Of a DNA stretch of 64,000 nucleotides, positions 41,070-55,373 are shown in pieces. The stretch is from positions 1,072,564 through 1,136,563 of the forward strand of contig NMRA01000012.1 in the NCBI GenBank assembly GCA_002633005.1, in the 5' to 3' direction. Both the position numbers and the translations under genes were made by a program. Below the pieces are notes generated by a model. That model had not been told where the DNA came from. It saw only the letters and a program-made list of their open reading frames with translations, and searched no databases. The stretch comes from Phoronis australis (Eukaryota > Animalia > Phoronida). How positions within the stretch are numbered: position 1 is the stretch's first letter; the number at the start of each line of letters is the position of its first letter.

Positions 41070-41239
41070 CTGAAAAAATCGGCGCGGCAGTACAGTTTCC
41101 CGTCCCTCGAAAAGCACTTCTCAGTGAGCGGGTGTTTGCAGTCCGAACATTGAACGCATTTAGCGTGCCACGCTCTGTCCAAAACATTCAGGAGAAATCT
41201 GTCTAATATCGGGCCGTCACATCCCGCACACTGGACCAT
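41070..41239 (-). CDS. Lhx1/5: Lhx1/5 exon 1, LIM domain 1 ([34 protein letters not shown]...LYCRADFF)
   Basis: 170 nt from an ATG in AAAATGG context to AG|GTAAAT; the six exons sum to 1242 nt (413 aa plus stop). Confidence 0.97.
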
Positions 41240-41503
41240 TTTCTGTCGCACCAGTTTGATATGAAATGGTCGCCGCCTTAGCGTAATACAACTCCTTTTG
41301 GTTAAGTCACACAGGCTTCGTCAGTTCAGTGGTCAAAACGCAGGCTTGGAGCAGAATCGGTAACCCAGCGCAAGCGGTTCCCCTTGCAGCTTCTAAACCT
41401 AAAACTGTATCGCCGTACCTGTATCGTGAGTTTGCAGTGAAGCTTTGGTAGACGTTACAACCAACTATTGACATGATTTAAACACGCACAGACATTTCTT
41501 AAG

Positions 41504-41511
41504 TATTTATA
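41504..41511 (-). promoter_or_regulatory. Candidate TATA box (TATAAATA) for Lhx1/5
   Basis: ~270 nt upstream of the ATG; the intervening 41240-41471 has no ATG on the minus strand, consistent with a 5' UTR. Confidence 0.4.
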
Positions 41512-43626
41512 GTGACTGTATTACGGCTAATGCTGGCATAGTAGTTTACTATTGACTGATCGCGGCAAAGAGGCTGGAGGCGTGCTTATGCCTGTCACTC
41601 AAAGGAGTTGTCCTGACAACCAACCTCTGAATGAACTTCTCGACGTCAGATTGCTGCTCTCCAATGAAAGAAATGGACAAGTTGAAAAACAATTTAAAAT
41701 CTTCACCGATCTCAAGATTCCTGTCATTATAAATCTAGTGCGTTTTAAGAAAAGAAAATGCATCACCTTTAAACATATCTACAGACATGTTTCTACTTAT
41801 GTTTCATAACTGTAGCCGACGCAAACGTTGGCAGTGTGATAAGAATCCGCTTCGCTTTGCCACAGCTTTTCGTACATTGAGCGTTTGAATTGAATGTGGC
41901 AGCAATACTATGATAAATACCGGGTAAAAAAGCAGTCAAATTTGTTTAGGTTGATATTTGCTCTAGCCGCACTCGGTGCAAGTTTCTGTGTAATATATAC
42001 TTGTCACCGGGCATTTATGTCAACAAGCCAGCACACAGCTCCGCCACAATCTTCGCTGGTGTAAGGGTGAGACACCTTTTCCGCTTTTATGTTGTCTCGA
42101 GTTCGGAGATCGACAACACGTCAGGCGCCTATGTGTCGTTTAAGGAAAAGTCACGGTTTTCTTTCTAAAACCCCCTTGCGAAATGAGCTTTTTTGCAGTC
42201 TGTATGAAACTACAGTGATCCTGCAGTGATCTTACGCATTTACAAAAAACATCAAGTCGAAATGTAGTGATTAGTTTCTCAGCGATGATCATCAATTGTT
42301 AGCAAGAGAGTCTGGACCAGTTGTATAAAGATTTTGATAAACACTACATTGAAATGTAGATGGTTTAATGAAATGTTACATAAAACAGGCAGCCGCCCTG
42401 GGCGTTATCTCCAACAATGCGTTTCAGCATAAAAAGGGGCGCCTGCAAAACGCAACGTTGTTTGCACACCATTACAAGTGGAGCAAACACAATTGCCGAC
42501 GAATTGTTCGTGTGTCTAAGCCAACAATACAGTCCGGTCTTTAAGAAGTTTCACAACAAGGACTGTGAATACCAACCCTTTGTGAGAAAGGCTACACTCG
42601 CCCGATCCGTTTGTCTTTACGGTTGGTTAACAATTTTCGATTTGAAGCAGATAGCTGGTCAGAAGTTCGAATAGCCTACAAGCCCCCTATTATCGCTTCA
42701 GTTTGACTATCAGGGCAGAAAAAATAAAAACAAGAATGAAGGCTTTTTTCACCGACCAATGAATGAAAGCCGATTCGTCTCATTAACTGCCTGTTGAATT
42801 ATCCCTAGTCAGGAGCCACTAACGTCCAGTGAATTAAATAGGATTAGAGATTAAGGGTCCACTTCTAACGCACCGACAGACCTACAAATCGCGGTGGTGT
42901 CAACAACCAACAATCGTGGGCGGCAATTCCAGCCTTATTCGGGTATGTTCGTCTGCCTTCAGACAATCTCTTTGCGATGGGGGATAGGAGCATGTCGAAT
43001 TTCCATAAATCACCATGCTATCACAAAACACTCAAACTCGTTGTCAATAAAATTACCAAGGCAAATTATACAGTAATTTGATCAATATAAATAATACCAT
43101 TATTAAAGAATGAAACGTTTATGCAATGTGGCCCACCGGGCAGAGGATACCTGCTTGGAGGACGAAATGCCATTTGTGGAACAGGAACTGAGATCGGTCA
43201 GTTCACAACTATTTCGCTATATAGCAGTGGAAATTTACCGTCAAAACTGTGATAGAAAGCTTCGAAAACAAGAAGCATTTTCGCAAATCCCCACCTTGTC
43301 ATCGCCTCGGCAACCGAATGTTCAAAACAGTTTTCACAAGCAGCCGAGAAGCATTCAAGTCAGGTCTAGAAGACTTAATAGCCATGTTTCGTTTTTCATG
43401 CCGACAACTGGTCTTGTTATATACGTCCTGCTTGTGTCAAACAAATAATTAATTTTTCCAGACATCCGTCACTCAGCAAACAGATGCTAACGAGTACTAA
43501 AGCATTAGAAAACAAATAAATAGACATAATCTGTGATAACTAAAACAATTACTATAGTCGCCGTTATCACTATTTTCATACCCATGCCTTTACTTAACAT
43601 TTTCTAGTTGATATAATCATTATTAC

Positions 43627-43627
<1 letters not shown>

Positions 43628-43660
<33 letters not shown>

Positions 43661-43692
43661 ATTGTCATTATTATTATTATTATCATTATTAT
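43628..43692. repeat. (GTT)n then (ATT)n microsatellite
   Basis: Read directly. Confidence 0.9.
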
Positions 43693-44215
43693 AGTGCTCT
43701 TGTTACTTCTGATGCCTTAATTGTTTGCTTTGTTATTTGATAAACTGCAACCTAGATTCTGATACAATTATCTGCGCTCTACTGAATTGTTGAACACAAA
43801 TTATATTCTCCTCATGTATTTTGCCGAAAGGGTGTACACATAACTTAGCTTATTACAAGTTTCACCCATTCCAACGGAGATAACTCTAGCGCATCCCGGG
43901 ATTGCAACTATAACGCAGCTATTATCTTGGGGCACGTGTATATTTCCATAGCTATGCTTTGATTTTGCGGCGTTTGTCAGGAGAAATATTCCATGTTATT
44001 GAACAAGGGGAGCTAGTTTTCCACGACTCTCTGATGTACGGGCAGATTTGTGTGCGTACGAAAGCCCGCAAAATTATATTGTAACAAGAAGCTTATATTT
44101 CCTTGACACAATATCATACGGAAAGCCAGGAGAACATTTTGACATTTCCTAACTATTTTCTGCGAGCAGAGCGGTTGACAATCAATCAGATCGAGGTGAC
44201 GTTCAATGAGCATTT

Positions 44216-44410
44216 GGAACACCTCGGATATTTCCAGTCTTTTGGAGCATTTGGTTATTTTCGTAGTCTCAAATTTCCCGGATGGCCAACCATTCTCCAT
44301 TTTGATAGTCATCTGATTGAAGTTCGCACGCGCGCAGATAGCGTTCACCTCCCTCGGTGGGAAAATTTGAGGCTACGAAAATATCCGACGTGTTCCGGAT
44401 GGATCGTCGG
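44216..44410. mobile_element. MITE-like element with TTTCGTAG(C/T)CTCAAATTT inverted arms; second copy at ~53568-53750
   Basis: attttcgtagtctcaaattt / aaatttgaggctacgaaaat inverted pair; 44345-44410 matches the reverse complement of 53568-53626. Confidence 0.65.
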
Positions 44411-47400
44411 GTTAATCTTTGCATGACGCGGTGCACGGGTATGCTCAAACTCCAGTGTTCAGGGTTGCATCACTCCCAAGGTCGACCGGAGCAGCAGCAC
44501 AGGGAGCCCTAGGTTGGGGTTGCATAACTGACACTCATTCATTTGCATGAAAATGTGTCGCACACACGCTGCTGAATCGGTGAGCCTACTGCTGGCACTG
44601 GGGAAGCCGCAAAAGGAGGGGGCACGACGGGCCATGGCTTTCCTTAGTGTAGCCCCGTTCCCCCGCCCCGGTGTCCCACAATTTCGCGCTTGCACCACCT
44701 CCCCATTAAAGACTTCTGGCTACGCCAATGACTGTTAGGTTGCATAGCATGAAACTTCCAGAAAGTCCATGACTATTTTTTCCACTGCATAAGTTTGGTG
44801 CACGACGTCAGAAACCAAATCATTTCAGTACCATCTCAGATGTACATACTTGTGTCTTAGTATCTGAAATTCATTGGCCAAAAAGCATATCTGGTTCTGG
44901 TTTGAGTGCGCTCGCATATTTTTTTAAGATGCACATCGCTACTCTATCACTTTTGTCATTATCCTTGTTGCAAAGTTCTGAACAAAAATTATTGCCCCTG
45001 CAGCATACCTCAGTTCTTCGCTTAATTCGTACAAGATAATTGTCAAAATTGTCACTGTTCTATACTCAAATGCTGATTGCCTTCCTAATGGCTACTTTAC
45101 CAAAAGTTGCTTTATGACATCTGCACAACACAAAGCCAATAACACAATCAACTTTTCTTAATTTTATTTTTGTTCTAAACTTTGACAAAATAAAATTTCA
45201 CTTCTCCTTAATGTTGCTTAGTAGGTGAACTATTACCGTAGTTTTGAAAATTGCTCCAAATATGGCAGCCTCTAATTAGGATTTAGATATCAACGGTCCT
45301 GGTAGAGTGTATATTGTCAAGATTTGCAATCACTTATCATGTTAGCACTCATAAAAGAATTTCACTATAAATCCTGAATAACTGCTACTTTAATTTCTAC
45401 TCATTCCTTGTAAAGTCAAGCAATTGTTGGTCGGCTGCTTTTTGTTTAAAAATAATTTTTGCTTTGTACATGAATTTTCATAAACCCTAAAAGGCAATAG
45501 TATACAGGATGGTTTTAGTTTCAATACCATTTGAACGGCTTTACCTTCGCTGTTTCAAGGATTTAAAAAATCCGAAACCCTTTCCCTCGACCACAGAACA
45601 CAATAAATGCGCAAATATTCACGCGAATCTGTCCACGCGGCATTCAAAAGATACCTCGATGGTGCTGGTTGATGATTCAACGTGGGAATTCAGATTCATC
45701 TTTATGACGATTCGGATGAAAATGAACTACTGAAATTCATCTCAAGTAATGCATAAAAACAGGCAATGGGAAGGTGTCAGTTCATTCCCGTCCAACGGGA
45801 AGCCCATGCTTTCCGAAAATTGCCGAGCACAGCATTACGGCTGTAAGGGCCAACAGATAGGATTCTGTTTGAAATTAGAAACAGTAGATTAAATGCTAAT
45901 CACGGACCTCAGTGTCTCGCTGTATTGTACGTAAGGAAGCTGGCAGATTACTGTGCATGTCAGTGAGTATGGTGAATCGAAATAAGATTCTTTGTGCATG
46001 TTGGTGAGTTTCCACTTCTAACACCAACGCGAGAAATTAGTTTATCAGTTTGGTTTTCCGCCAATCAGTCTGAAGTCCAAATGCACAAAATCCATCTCAA
46101 CGCGCGTGCCATAATAATCGCGCCCTAGCTCAATAATCAAGCTTTATCTATGTAGAACCACGCACATCCAAATTATCGAATCAAAGCAACCCAATCGGAA
46201 CAAAGATAATGATTGTTGAACTGTATATAAAAACCCAAGTGACAGTTATACATTTAAATGATGACGTGACATCTCGTTAAGAAGCGATAGTGCCGCTTGA
46301 TGTGAAAACCTGTGAAGTTTGACACATCGTTTTGTAGAATCAATTCTCTCGAATGTAAATGTACAAACATTCACTTTGATATTTAATATGTTGTTCTTAT
46401 TGTCGTTGTAGTTTTTCTGATTTTTCGCTCATGGTATTGACTGATATTGTACCTAATCGCGACGGAACACATCTCTAAAGCATTACTGTGAGATAAATGC
46501 ACTTTGGAGCTAAACACTTGCTTCAGATCTGCGTCTCAAACAATGCAGTGACACAAGAAAAACTTTCCAAAGTTTGACGGAAAATCAACGCACCATAAAT
46601 ACCCCGAAGTAGATTTTTAGTCGTTCGCTGTCACTGGAGAAAGGGCAGCGGACTGAGAATAGTTGGTGGGAAACGGAATAAACGGTGAATCAACAAAAAG
46701 AAAACATTAAAATTCATAGTCCATGTCTAAGACAACGATGACAACAAGGAGGTAATATGCAAAAAGAAATGTTCAAAAATCGAAAAACTATTTTCTCCAT
46801 AACTTCTTCGTTAACCATGATAAACTCCAACTCCTATAGTTTGGACAAAGAAGCTTTGAGTAAGCTAATGATGATCTTTAGCGAACGTTCAGTGAGCGTG
46901 CGAAGATTAACGAGCACTGGCACATTCAGTAAACCACGCCTACTGCAAGATCTAGATGGAAGTGAAAAAGACCACATCGATTATCTCTTAGTCCGAACCA
47001 CGTGTAGTAGTTACTTGAAAAGTTTAACTGTTGGTGAATCAAAACATTTCAATGGATGCAGTGAGAAGGGTATTTGTGGCAAGGCTCGAAGTAATTAGGT
47101 CTACCTAAGATCTGGGCTGGAAAATTTAAAGGGCATTTTCCCATCTAGCCCCGTTCTGGCCGCCAGCTCGTGGTCCCTTCGTATATATAAACTAAAATAA
47201 AATTAATTTTCTGGTAACAACTATTAGGAAACTTTCTAAGTTGGCGACCTTATTGGTTGATTACATTCAAATTAAAAAAGGCTGTGGAGAATAAATTAAA
47301 ACCATTTCTTTGTTATTCTGTTTTATAGGGTAAATAAATTATTCTGAGTCTTTCAAGTATTATGTAAGCAGTATTAATACGAAGATAACTGTGCACACAG

Positions 47401-49638
47401 CAGGGCGAGTTTTGCGTCAGTGCAGTCCAGAATATGCGAGGAGTGACCTTTGAGGTGCTGTCGTTAGCGAGCGGCATCACCTCACGTGGCATCAGTTTTT
47501 TTGTTAATGTGACCATTCTGTGTTGTAGTTGCGAGGGCCAGTGTTCGTGAGGTCATTTTTATGGCGAATCGAGAGTGGGAAGAGATTTGGAGTCGGCTAT
47601 TACTTAGTTGGTCTCCTTCACAGACCCACACGCAATCGGTGACGTCAGAGCGCGTGAGCCACTACGAAGACGCAAATTACAAACCACCATATGTCTCAAA
47701 CCAACCGATACCAGAACAGAAAGTGATATCCACCCTTCCCCCCAATATCACGGAAAGGGGTCCTCTGCAAGCGGACACGGAATGAAAAGACACGAATTTC
47801 GACAGGATTCGCCAAAACTTGCACAAGTGCCAATGACTGGTGTTCTCTTAACTCCTTCAGTTGGTAGAAATCAAACTGCACAATGGCAAAAATATTCAGA
47901 CCAGTTTATCTGAGTTAATTTTTTTTGCTTAGGAAGGAGGCTCTAGAAAGGCTATGAATCTTTTAACCCGGTCGCTCTTTTACCAACCCTCCAACTCTTG
48001 AGAACTCCGGCTTCTAAAATAAGGCCTTTATATCCCCGGAACTTGCGACTCTTTTTCTCTCAAGTTATTGTATTTCCCAGTCAATTACCTTCACATGTTA
48101 ACAGCAAAGCTCGTTTTCACAAGCACGCGCAAAACAACTAGAAACTATTCGAAAAACATCATCTCTCACATTAATTACCAAGGAAACGAGGAAAACTCAA
48201 AGTGTCAGTCAAAAATGCCGCCACTGGACTAGACAGTTCAGTCGATGTGTCTCGCGTATCTGTGCGGCGAAATCGACACTGGCGTGACGGAGTCGCATAG
48301 AACTGAAGGAATCGTCTTCTGAGATAGTGCACACAGTGTTCGCTGCAGGTTTATTTGCTACACTGAACACTCCTTTTACAGTGGCATTTATGAACGCTTG
48401 AAATAATGGACTTAAAGTAAAATGCTAAAAGAAAACAAACTGAACGAATCATGGAGTGGAAATCGGCTTTGTCAACAGCACAATACAATGGTATGATCAG
48501 ACCTGCATAAACTGTCCTCAGGCGGTCCCTGTTTAAAGATACCGCCAATATCACCCTCGCTTGACGATGAACTCCACACCCAACCGTAACAATTCCAGAT
48601 AACACCCGAGAATCCTTTTAGGACTGCCTTTTCATTATGGTCAACTGTAATGCGTATAAATAAACAAGAAGAAACAATAATACCAAAAATGTTACCTTAA
48701 ACAAACCTGCTCATACACTCGCCTAAGTATTTTCAGCTCTTGTATACCGACTGGTTTTGAAGTTTAGACTGTACCCAACACAACAGTTAAGTGTGCGGCA
48801 AAATTCAGACAACATGGCGTGTTATGTCATTTTTAAATGATTTGTGAAATTATGTGCATTCACAACAATGTTAGACGTCTTCGAAAATAAAAAAACACCA
48901 ACTTCGGTGATTAACTTTTTTCTCGAAATTGATGAGAGTTTGCCTTGCCCACTCCCTAACTCAGTGTTTCAACTCCATTCACGAGTCGATCACAACTCCC
49001 GGCAGTACCCACAGTGACCCGTACTACCCCCCACCCACCCCGTCCATCATTAGAGCGCCGCCAAATGGTGGCGTACACTTGGCAAAAAGAACAACGCATC
49101 ATGTGTGGTCAGTTTCGATTGGAAAGCTTTGCACAAACTTCACATGTATGGTGATCAAAAAGAGTATATTCATTCTCTTCTCAATTGTTCTTGAAGTGAC
49201 GACACCATACTCAACTATTTCAAAGACTAAACCAACCTCGACGTTAAAAGTGGAGTATTACAATATTGACTGCGTTTTTGGCAAATTATGTACATTAAAC
49301 TTACATTGAAAGGTACTTTGAATTTTTTTGCTGAATTGCTGTTGTATTTCTGTTTTTCAAGTCAAACACAGACTATTATGTACCAGGGCCGGGGGTGCAA
49401 ATGAAGTGCAGCTATCAGAACGCCAAAGCGAGACCACAGACTACTCGAACCGGTTGACATTTTTGTAACTCACCGCGTCCCACTTCCAGTTTCGTGATTA
49501 GTTACTTTCATTGATTAATTTTTCTATAGAAATCGATCGGAAAAGTTCAAACACATGTCACAGTGAGTAAATTGTGACAAATTAATAACAAACGACACTT
49601 AAAATGTAAAGTCCCCCACTGAAGGACAACACCTATTT

Positions 49639-49782
49639 ATATGGCAAGAAGTTTACCCGTTCAATCCGCCATCTTTTTGGTCACATCACGTGACCTAATG
49701 AATGTAAGTCCGAAAAGATTTCTGCTCGCGACCGGGACACCAAAAAGATGGCGGATTGAACGGGATAAACTTCTTGCAATAT
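49639..49782. mobile_element. Fold-back element with ~42-bp near-perfect arms
   Basis: gcaagaagtttacccgttcaatccgccatctttttgg / ccaaaaagatggcggattgaacgggataaacttcttgc. Confidence 0.85.
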
Positions 49783-52700
49783 ATTCCACGTTTCACTGAA
49801 AAAGATATATTTATAAACACCTATTTATAGTTTTTGTTGGTGTTATTTTGGGTAAACCACCAAAAAAAACAACGTCCACGAGTATTTTCAACATCGCCTT
49901 TGCAAAATTTGGAGACGACTGACAGTTCATTGCACTTGAGGCTATGCTCAGTCCATAAAATCAGTAACCCGCCTAGTCAAGCCAACTCACATCTTGCACT
50001 TGTTCTCAAAACGAACCGAAAATTCGTCCCAAGCCCAGAAATCACTTTTTATCTGAGTTCCGAACAACTCGAGACCATTTTTTTACGGACAAGTGGATTA
50101 GAACAGTTATTTTCTGACAGAAAGTAGCAGCTTAAAGTTCACAATTTTATACGAGTTCAACAACAATGGATATATAAGGTGCTTTATGCGGCCAGGACAT
50201 CAAAAGTCGCTATTCGCGATCTGACCAATCAGACAATGAAGAAAGTACAAACCCAGACAACGAAGCGAGCAGATGATGTCACTACATCAAAGCAAATACA
50301 CATTTGGTCGACTTTATATAGTCAAAAGTAGCTGAAATTCAATGTTCAGGTGAACAACTTGAGGCCACCCGACACATTGAAAGAGCAACCTATTTGGAGC
50401 CATCATCATGATCGAAAGGCCCGTCACGGCGGGCTTTCCGTAGACGCGAAAAGCTTGCGAAAATGCAAACTTTCTTCTCGAGATACGCAACACAACACCC
50501 GGGAAATTCGTCAAAACTCAAGAACACGCGAGTCTTCGCGAGATATCGCCATGCGGTAGAAGCGAAGAATTCAACAGAGTTCTAGCATAACCCCATTTGT
50601 GGAAAATGATGTTTTTTCAGATCCGTTATTCCCTCATCTTTCTTAATGGATAGAAAACAAATTTATGATCACGACTCGCCTCTGGGGCCCGTTTGATGAA
50701 ACTTGTTTTCACATGCAAACTAACTGTTGGCTTGACATCAGTTCAACAGTCGTGACACGTGATGGCGTCACGGTGGTGACGCTATTATCAGGCATAGGAG
50801 TTTCAAAAAACAAGACCCTGTGGGGCCATCTCCGAATGTGCGGGGGTAGGTGTCACATGACAAATCTGGGTCGGCAGATGCTCATTCTAGTGAAATGGTC
50901 TAGTCACTAGTTTGGTCACGTGGTGTTACACGTCGCCTTTACTCAGTGCGGGCAACAGTTAACTGCATGGACTTGGAACTGGGATCTTAGGAGACAGCTG
51001 AACATCCAATACGTCATTATTATCTTGGCGCAGTTATTATGCTAATAACGGTACATACATCATCGTTAAACTTTTGTGTGTCTGCTTTCTGACAAAAGAA
51101 ACGTTGCCGATTTAGCCCAGTGTCTACCACCCCCTGTATTAGCATAATGATTTAAATACTCGCATCGAATGAACGCCACAACATACCATGCCAATGAATC
51201 AGGTTGAACGTGAACATCGAATGGCGTCCAGTGGAAGATGAAAAACGTGAGCTGTCTTCGCCGAAGGTCTGAATAAGGGACTTTTGGTAGGGGCGTAAAT
51301 CAGATTTTTGTTCCTGGTGCAACAACACTTATGAATGGGTAGTGTACATTTGAATAGTGTTCGCGGTCTTCCTCTCCCCGTAGCCACGAATATCACAACT
51401 GCGGTCCTTATGCCACCATTGCTTCATCAGTCTCCGCCGGGTCAAAGCCCAAATATGTCCTACCAATCGCTACAAGTCGGCAGTAGGGCCGTCCCGGATT
51501 ACACGGCGACAGAACTCTCCTTTGTTCCGGAGATAAGAAAGCGTGTGACCTCGTTTTGGAAATCAGGCGCATTTCCGTGTCTCGCATTGATGTCGGGAAG
51601 GCAAAGAACTTTACATCACACATCCACGGTTTTTTGTTCAGTTTATAAAACTTTCTCACGTCGGATAGAGTAGCAGCCCACAACACAACAGTAATACTTC
51701 GTTGGCATTGGATGGACGAATAGAGAAATGCAACCGAGAAAAACTTGTGAGAATCAGACAACAAATAACATGCAAAACACCAATAGCACGAAAACGAGGC
51801 AACAAATGTGACTATCGGTTGTTTACGGCATTGTGAGTAAATACAGCGAAATTCGAGTGTCACTGTGTAATCAGAGAGTCGGCCCTATTCTCTCACCACC
51901 CCCTTATTATCCGGGTTCGTTGTGACGTGTTCTGTTAGTTGCGTTTCATAATTAACAAGTTCTGATTTTTACAAAAACTATTAGCTTTTAAGCCCGTCCA
52001 TGCGAGTTCTCGTGCCTATTTTTTCTGGCACATTGAGAATTTATCACATGAGCGCAACGCTTGCGGACTTAATAGCTGTGTCCATTTGAGTAAAACTTTT
52101 GCAGAAGAAATGGGCAAAAAAGCGCGCGAAGGGGACTGCGCTCAGCACGCAGACGCAGAACAATCGTATGAAAACCCAAGCTAGTGTGGTCTCGTGCTGG
52201 CTCACAGCAGCACGTATTACACGCACTAAATGTCACTGCGCCGACCAGTGTTCAGTAAAATTACAGCTGGAACAGGCCAGAGAGGTAAAGTTAAAACGTG
52301 TAGGATGGATCACGATGAGAAGCGTGCTCGCATCCATTGCCAAAAGAAACAGAACCCTGCGTCGCAATATGACTATTAACGAAGCAATCAAATCCGACAG
52401 TTTTGCAAACTTCTCAACCGAATGCTTCACCACGATCGCGGAAAATTAATTCCATATTCCATTCCCGGAATGGCCTTTCAAAGAACAGTGGTCGTGACAA
52501 ATTTCCCACAAACTTGCAGTCGTCCATAAATCAAACAACTGGCAATAAAACTATTTGCGCGTTAGCTCACTGTTCCGAGTTATGCACGGAGTGTATAATC
52601 TTACGTAAGCGAATAAAAGTCGGCATGGCACAGCAGAATTAGTGCCAATGAGATGATTTATGACCGACAACCCAAACGGCAACGCAACGCAACGCTATGC

Positions 52701-53808
52701 ATGGCTAACCTTATTCTCACCAATGAGGATAAAATGACTCCGAAAGTCTATCGTTTTTGCTTGTCTGACAGAAAAACACTGGGTCAAGGAAAAGGGGACC
52801 ACGAGCAATCCAAATTAACTCAATGAGACTATTCTAAACACCAATGTAAAAAAGAAAATTGTTTGAGTTTTAATGCGAAATCTAAAACTTTCACAATTCA
52901 AAAACACAATAAACAATTGCGAATCAGGGCTCTATTTCATAAAAGTTTTTAAGTCTGATCTTAGTCAAGGCGGTTGTGTCATAGATTTTAATGGCGAACA
53001 CTTCATTAACGTGGTTGATGAAGGTGCGCGATCAGCTTGCATGAGAACATCGACGACGTTTACGTAATAGCAATAGTTTCACTTGTACAAATACGCAGCG
53101 TTCCCATCGCAAAATGCATTTACGACCGTCTTAGCCAAGACCAGACTTGCGACGGGACCCTGGGTCTTGTTTCAAGAACGTGTAACTTGACAACCTGTCT
53201 AAACGGAAGCGTGCGACCAGTCGAAAGTTTCGGCGTAAGATTCCGTTTAGACATCGCACAGTTGCTACATTTTGATAAAACAGACACCAGGTGTATTCAA
53301 ACGATATGAGCAGTTAGAGGTTGTAGTGTACGACAGCCCTTCAAAATGTTATTATTTAACACCAGCACGTTGGTCATAACAAGACAATACAATTTAAAGG
53401 CCGTTTTTAAAGAGGCTATGAACCAGACTTACCCACAAAATATTTTGTGACTCACACCACTTACAGTCAAGAATTTGGTCTCCGGTTGTTCCTTTGTCGT
53501 TTCTGGACATTCACTGGAGAGCAGGCTCTGTAGCAGAGAAGATTTGTAACGGCAGGCCACTTTAAGGACCGAGTCCTTCGGAACACCAAGGACACTTTCG
53601 TAGCCTCAAATTTCCAATCGGAGGTGATAGTTACGAACTAGCCAAACGACCACTCATTCTCCTAGATGAAAGTCACATAACTTGCCTTAACTGAAGTCAG
53701 TACAAGTGCAGATAACGCTTACCTGTTGGGGGAAATTTGAAGCTACGTTCTGGAAGGCGCAGACCAAGAACTCCACCAATAACGAACTATCAAACAATTC
53801 CAAGACCA

Positions 53809-53964
53809 CAGTGGCGGATTTAGAAGGGGGGCCAAGGGGGCCATGGCCCCCCTAAAATTCTCCCAGATTCCATTTGGCAGTTCGGGGGTGCGAATGTCTG
53901 ACAGGCAAAATTCCTGTTAATACTCTGCCCTGCCCCCCAACTCAAAATTCTGGATCGGCCCCTG
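53809..53964. mobile_element. Short non-autonomous hAT-like element (CAGTGGCGGAT...ATCGGCCCCTG)
   Basis: CAG...CTG imperfect TIRs and internal palindrome gggggccatggccccc; no intact TSD. Confidence 0.6.
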
Positions 53965-55373
53965 ATACAGGTATCACTTCTGGTGTGCGCTAGGAACGAG
54001 TTGATGCACGTTTTATAGCTGTATGTGGTCTACCCATAAATCAAAATTTAATTCATCAGAATGAACGTGAGAATATGAACTGCTCCAAAGTTTTAGGATA
54101 TTCAGGCTTTCAGTGCTTGTGGCATTACAGCAGTGTAGCTGTATATAACATTGCAAAGTACAGTTTGTATAACTCCACTCAATGGACTGTTTGCAGTGGG
54201 CAAACTTTCAATTAAAATTCAACCAATAAATCTTAACAATTCACACAGTAAAGGAACAAAATGCACTCATGCAAAAAAAAAATTTTTCTGATGATCAGTT
54301 AAATTGAAGATTTGGAACTAGTAAGAAAACAGAAATATGCTTACACATTTTCTTGAACAGAGACATTAGCAGTTTCCTTTTAGAAATGTTTATAATTTTA
54401 GACATTAAGATATATTTTGTAACAACTGACAAATCAGAAACAAATTATTTCATCATTAAGCCTCAAGAAATAATATTATAAGCCAGAATACTAAAAAGCA
54501 CAAACTTAATTTGAAGTGGTAATAATACTCCATCTAGAGAACCAGTTTTCTCTACTGACAAATAAAAGGCATAAATTCATTTGGTTCTTAAAATCCTAGA
54601 TCCCTTAAGTGGACTATTTCCAGGAAGCAGCCAAGATACCATACAATGAAGGACTGACCAAATGGTGTAACAATAATAACATGTGGACGAAAGAGGAATC
54701 AGGTGTTCTCCAGAGGACACTCCATTCGTTCAGTTACAACCAGGGCAGATGATAGGCGTCAGGTGTGTTTACTCACAACAGCAGGGGGTGACTTTTGATC
54801 AAGAAACAACATCTGTGCAGCCTCACTTGAATCAGTGCTCATATCACACACAACCCACCTCACACCATTGACCTTTTTACGATAGCACTAGAGGATTGTG
54901 GGATATCCGTCATAGTGAGCAGCAGTGCCAGCAGACGTAGATATACCATCTGGAGATATCGCTTCATTTCAGTAGCATTTCAAGCACCCACAAGTTCAGA
55001 TGGCAAAAGAGGTAGCATCAAACATCAACTGCAGCTCACCAAGCATACAATTGCCTGCTGACACTTTCCAAACTGCTGGATTAGAGGGTCAATATCCCAC
55101 AAATCTGTGAGTTGGGATGTGCACACAAAGATTGTCACTGTCTACAAAAATGTCAGCCCACATAATCTGGTTGCCACTGCACTCCTAATTTAACATCACC
55201 ACGTAACAACTGTTTGAGAAACTGGTTACAATTAATGTCCTTTTCACCTGTGCACCAAACACACAGTTCTGGTGACCCCTTTCCGCCTCTCAAAGATTGC
55301 AGTTTATGTGAAGAGAGCAGTAAGACTTCTGCTACTTAACATAAAAGTAATTGCTGACATTGTTATTTTTCTA

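Noticed and set aside
41240-41251. Upstream start MRQK given by the ORF track for Lhx1/5
   Set aside because: That codon is GTG; the ATG at 41239 gives MVQCAGC, matching the family N-terminus
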